Shown here: in pieces, positions 56,583 through 59,963 of the stretch
Numbering within the stretch: position 1 is the stretch's first letter
Layout: each line of letters starts with the position of its first letter
Source: an uncultured virus (IMG/VR IMGVR_UViG_3300022927_001927)
Lineage: Duplodnaviria; Heunggongvirae; Uroviricota; Caudoviricetes
DNA: 59,963 bases
IMG/VR virus record: IMGVR_UViG_3300022927_001927
Reading direction: 5' to 3' (one strand)
The notes under the pieces: model-generated
Told to the model about the DNA's origin: nothing
The model's input: the letters and a program-made list of their open reading frames with translations, nothing else
Databases searched by the model: none
Translations under genes and position numbers: made by a program

Positions 56583-57178
56583 TAAAAAGACTAAAGAACA
56601 TAATAGAATTAGAATCTGCTGCTATAACAAATATACCTGTAGATGTAAACACGGTGGATGCCATTACGCTTATTCTTAAACAATGTCATTCTCATAAAGG
56701 AAAGCTTGTATGTAGTGGAATGGGTAAGGCTGGACAAATCGCTTTAAACATGTCAACTACATTTAGTTCAACCGGTACCCCTTCTGTATATCTTCATCCA
56801 AGCGAAGCACAACACGGTGATCTAGGTATCCTTCAAGAAAATGATCTGCTGTTGCTAATCTCTAATAGTGGAAAGACTAGAGAAATAGAAGAACTTATAT
56901 ACCTTGCAAAGAATCTCTATCCACAGATAAAGATAATTGGTATAACACGTAATGCTGATAGTCCTCTTGCTGAACAATCTGATGTAACCTTATTAACTGG
57001 AGAAACTGTTGAGGTATGCCCATTAGGTATGGCACCAACAACATCAACAACCGTAATGACCGTAATTGGCGATTTACTTGTATGTGGAGTAATGGAACAG
57101 ATAGGATTTACAAAAGAAGAATACGCAAAAAGACATCATGGTGGATATCTAGGTAAAAAAGCAAAGAGAAATGAATAA
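56579..57178 (+). CDS. SIS-domain arabinose-5-phosphate isomerase (KdsD/KpsF/GutQ-like, no CBS)
   Basis: GMGKAG.I, STGTP..LHP.EA.HGDLG, ISNSG.T.E, CPLG.APTTSTT...GD.L, H.GG.LG. Confidence 0.9.
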   Translation: MIKRLKNIIELESAAITNIPVDVNTVDAITLILKQCHSHKGKLVCSGMGKAGQIALNMSTTFSSTGTPSVYLHPSEAQHGDLGILQENDLLLLISNSGKTREIEELIYLAKNLYPQIKIIGITRNADSPLAEQSDVTLLTGETVEVCPLGMAPTTSTTVMTVIGDLLVCGVMEQIGFTKEEYAKRHHGGYLGKKAKRNE

Positions 57179-57334
57179 GAAGTATGCCTTACAGTGGTTA
57201 GATGAAGAAGAGCTCTGGTACTTAACAATACACGGAGAAGATGGTATAACATTTGAAGGTTGGTACCACTCAGTTGATGAAGCTTTAAAGGACATACCTA
57301 AGAATGAAATAAATAAAACAAATAACTAAATGAA

Positions 57335-57925
57335 ATGAACCACATACCTACCTTTGAGGAATTTAATAATAGAGAACTAAGGGAGAATAGTACTCTTATC
57401 CAGGAAACATATGATATCCTTGAAGGGCAGGTTAGTTATGAAGAGTTATCCGAAATACTAAATGAAGGCATCTTTTCCTTCTTAAAAGGGATCTTCACAA
57501 ATCCTAGACAGAAGAAGCAATTGGATAAACTCGGCGAGGATCTATTTAAAACCAAAGTAGAACTCCAGAAGCTAGAAATAGAAGAAGATCAAATAGACCG
57601 GTTTAAAGATGATCTTAAACCAGGTAGTACAGAATACAGCACTGCACAGTCTAAAATCAAAATAGCTGATAAGGCTAAAGGATTAAAGATTAATGCACTA
57701 AGAGATCGTGAAACCTCTATAGTATCTCAAATGGATAGTATAGGTGAAAAGAACGATACCTTAAAGAAGTATGTTGATAAGGTAAAGTTAGAAATCCGTA
57801 TGAGAGCTAACGATGCCACTATAAAACTAGCCGATGCCGAGATGGCTCGTGTATTAAAACAATTGCAAAGAAAAGATGCTAAAGAAGTTAAGGTCCTGGA
57901 TAAAGAACTTGCTAAAGCGGCGTAA
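57335..57925 (+). CDS. Coiled-coil protein with CTS-like leader
   Basis: MNHIPTFEEF; ILNEG. Confidence 0.7.
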   Translation: MNHIPTFEEFNNRELRENSTLIQETYDILEGQVSYEELSEILNEGIFSFLKGIFTNPRQKKQLDKLGEDLFKTKVELQKLEIEEDQIDRFKDDLKPGSTEYSTAQSKIKIADKAKGLKINALRDRETSIVSQMDSIGEKNDTLKKYVDKVKLEIRMRANDATIKLADAEMARVLKQLQRKDAKEVKVLDKELAKAA

Positions 57926-57989
57926 ACCTGCTCAAGTAGATCCATGGGACGAATGGTATCCAGACCATGATCTGTTTATCTAAAGAATT

Positions 57990-58178
57990 ATGATACAATA
58001 TTTGTTAGCTTACTTATTATGTGGCCTAGTATTTAACTTAGGCTATGATGCTCTTATTGATACAATTAAAGATGAGGATTTAAGACTTGATTGGAGAGAA
58101 AGATTTGCAATTCTGTTTACATGGCCATGGGCAGTTGGTGTATTGATAGCTGCATGGATCAGAAGCTGGAATGACTAA
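57990..58178 (+). CDS. Small membrane protein
   Basis: Two hydrophobic segments. Confidence 0.6.
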   Translation: MIQYLLAYLLCGLVFNLGYDALIDTIKDEDLRLDWRERFAILFTWPWAVGVLIAAWIRSWND

Positions 58179-58190
58179 AATAAATAAGGT

Positions 58191-58814
58191 ATGAAACACA
58201 TAAAGGAATACAGCAAATTTGTAAATGAAGCTCACGGCGATCCTATTCGTACAATGGAAAAGGTTAAAGCTTATCTTGAGGCAGAAGGAGAAACCGTAAG
58301 AGAATATAAACAGTACCTTACTATTGAGTTACCGAATGAAACAAAGACACTTCCTCCTAAATACAATAAGATCATCCAAAAGGTTATCAAAATGTCTGAA
58401 GGTAATATGGTAGCAGCAAGAGATGCAACTGGATACTATATGGGTAACTCAATTGCATTCATTTTCCCTGTATACAAAACTAACCTAAGAAAGGCATATC
58501 ATGTAGCTTCTGCACAGTATGTTGATACAATACTACAGAGAGGATTAGAACCAAGATCTGCTCAAGACCATTCAGATCAGTTTGGTTCATCATTAGGTAA
58601 TAAGAATATGGAACAGACCTATAAGGCAGCATTCGTTGTAGGATCCAAGGTAGGTGTAAAAATCGTAAAAGATCTATTTAGTATAAAGGATCCAGTAGTA
58701 TTAGAAATTGATCCAAAGGGTTTACAATTCTGGGAAGATCCGCTCATGCCAAAGGAAGCTAAATCGGCTCTAACATTCCAAACCATTCCAGCAGATAGAA
58801 TCAAAAGGCTGTAA
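58191..58814 (+). CDS. Protein with CTS-like leader and C-terminal ADP-ribosyltransferase/Tpt1-like fold
   Basis: MKHIKEYSKFVNEA; AYH......I...GL.P ... VVLEID ... IP...I. Confidence 0.6.
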   Translation: MKHIKEYSKFVNEAHGDPIRTMEKVKAYLEAEGETVREYKQYLTIELPNETKTLPPKYNKIIQKVIKMSEGNMVAARDATGYYMGNSIAFIFPVYKTNLRKAYHVASAQYVDTILQRGLEPRSAQDHSDQFGSSLGNKNMEQTYKAAFVVGSKVGVKIVKDLFSIKDPVVLEIDPKGLQFWEDPLMPKEAKSALTFQTIPADRIKRL

Positions 58815-58815
58815 G

Positions 58816-58842
58816 TAAACCTTTTTAAGTTTCTTCATATAA
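58816..58842 (+). promoter_or_regulatory. Class B promoter
   Basis: TAAAC-N17-TATAA. Confidence 0.7.
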
Positions 58843-58852
58843 TAATAAATTA

Positions 58853-59785
58853 ATGTTTACTTATTTTATGAAAAATCTATTGCTAGGATTAGCACTTACA
58901 ATCGCAACCTTTACGGTACAAGCCAGCCATATATTAGGTGGTATGGTTGGAGTAGTTCAAACATCAACTGATTCCACATCTGTTGGTGTATGGTTAATTT
59001 CTGATAACACAGGTATCCCAATGCCTAATACAATTTATGTAGAGCGGTGGGAATGGTCAGGTGGAGTATATACCCAATCCGGATCTATTGCCTTAGATAA
59101 GATTACCACATCCATTCACCAAGGTACATCACTAACAAACTATGTAAGCGATTACATGGACTTAGATAGTGGACAATACCGTTTCATATATAAGAATTGC
59201 TGTTGGGGCTACATACTGAACTCAACAAATTCAATGAACTCAGAATTTGTTATATCAGCCGACTATAGCCACATACCCAATAACTCAACACCTTATGCAG
59301 TCTATCCATTATGGGTAAATATGCAACTCTATAAGTTAAATACAATGACCGCCATTTGGGGTAACATACACTGTTTCTTTAAGAACCCAGATACAGACTC
59401 AGTAGTAATAATGCAGGATAGTTTATGGAGTGGCCATTCAAGCGGAGTCTTTTCTATACAGAACCACCAACCGCTAAACATGCATGTATCTAATGATAGT
59501 ATTAGTTGGGAACCACATAGTGTAGGACCACATGCAACAGGATTCCGTATAGAGGATTGGCGTAATGGACAACTAATTGGAGTACAAAGAATTCAATGGA
59601 CATTCCGTGTAGTAACATCAACTGTAGGTATAAGAGAAGTTAAACCACAAGGCAAAACACCAGTTGGAGTATGGAATACTAGCGGTCAGTATATACAAGA
59701 AGACACTAAGGATTTGCCGGCAGGTCAATTGTATCTGGTAAGATATAGCGACGGTTCCTTTCAGAAGTTGTGGATAGTAGACTAA
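58853..59785 (+). CDS. Secreted Bacteroidota-type protein, possible T9SS type-A CTD
   Basis: Signal peptide ending ASHI.GG; CCW; C-terminus VGI.E...N.SGQ...Y.VRYSDG...K. Confidence 0.7.
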   Translation: MFTYFMKNLLLGLALTIATFTVQASHILGGMVGVVQTSTDSTSVGVWLISDNTGIPMPNTIYVERWEWSGGVYTQSGSIALDKITTSIHQGTSLTNYVSDYMDLDSGQYRFIYKNCCWGYILNSTNSMNSEFVISADYSHIPNNSTPYAVYPLWVNMQLYKLNTMTAIWGNIHCFFKNPDTDSVVIMQDSLWSGHSSGVFSIQNHQPLNMHVSNDSISWEPHSVGPHATGFRIEDWRNGQLIGVQRIQWTFRVVTSTVGIREVKPQGKTPVGVWNTSGQYIQEDTKDLPAGQLYLVRYSDGSFQKLWIVD

Positions 59786-59963
59786 GAGGTCTCTAGAAAA
59801 CAATCGCGTTTAATCAAAACAATCAAAGGTCAGCACACTGGGCACACTAAACCAAACGAACATGCAAATTCCTCTAAACCCCCAACTACCCCACAAACCT
59901 CAAAATGCTCAAATCTATTGGAATGATGAGTGGAACCAAAGCAAACCCTCAAATGCTCCAACA

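Noticed and set aside
57925..57985. Possible hairpin ncRNA (AGATCCATGG...CCATGATCT)
   Set aside because: Single imperfect stem with no recognisable family or second copy; insufficient support.
1175..59803. Minus-strand and alternate-frame ORFs in the track (e.g. 1175-1699, 9886-10374, 21116-21583)
   Set aside because: They overlap well-supported + strand genes and show no motifs; treated as shadow ORFs.
1..59963. Stop-codon reassignment as in some large Bacteroidota phages
   Set aside because: Conserved enzymes are full length in the standard code; TAG and TGA end genes at positions that abut the next start.
1..59963. Bacterial chromosome or prophage origin (many host-like genes); tRNA genes
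   Set aside because: T4-type topoisomerase, single-strand dense phage ORFs and phage promoter classes argue for a lytic phage; no integrase seen. No tRNA cloverleaf was recognised by eye in the short intergenic gaps.

Overview
A 60-kb segment of a large lytic dsDNA phage genome with T4-like/jumbo-phage gene content. Essentially all genes are on the + strand, densely packed and AT-rich, with A-rich starts lacking Shine-Dalgarno sites. The host is most likely Bacteroidota (Flavobacteriia-like), based on TAnnTTTG-like promoters and T9SS C-terminal sorting domains. It encodes a type IIA topoisomerase pair, DnaQ-like and PD-(D/E)XK exonucleases, a sigma factor, PhoH, an endolysin, Hsp20, a ClpC-type ATPase, UvsE, Gmk, IMPDH/GMPR, ThyA plus a second T4-gp42-like dCMP-modifying enzyme, a nine-gene glycan cluster, and a cytidylyltransferase-mgsA-KdsD trio. 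The most striking signal is 16 otherwise unrelated proteins that share an N-terminal leader resembling the T4 capsid-targeting sequence (MK[YHF]IK.[FY]..F[VIL]NE). Several repeat the ES[VL]NE-type site internally between modules, suggesting a large protease-matured cargo arsenal packaged in the head. Three distinct promoter classes are readable in the DNA. All family names come from motif recognition; no database search was run.
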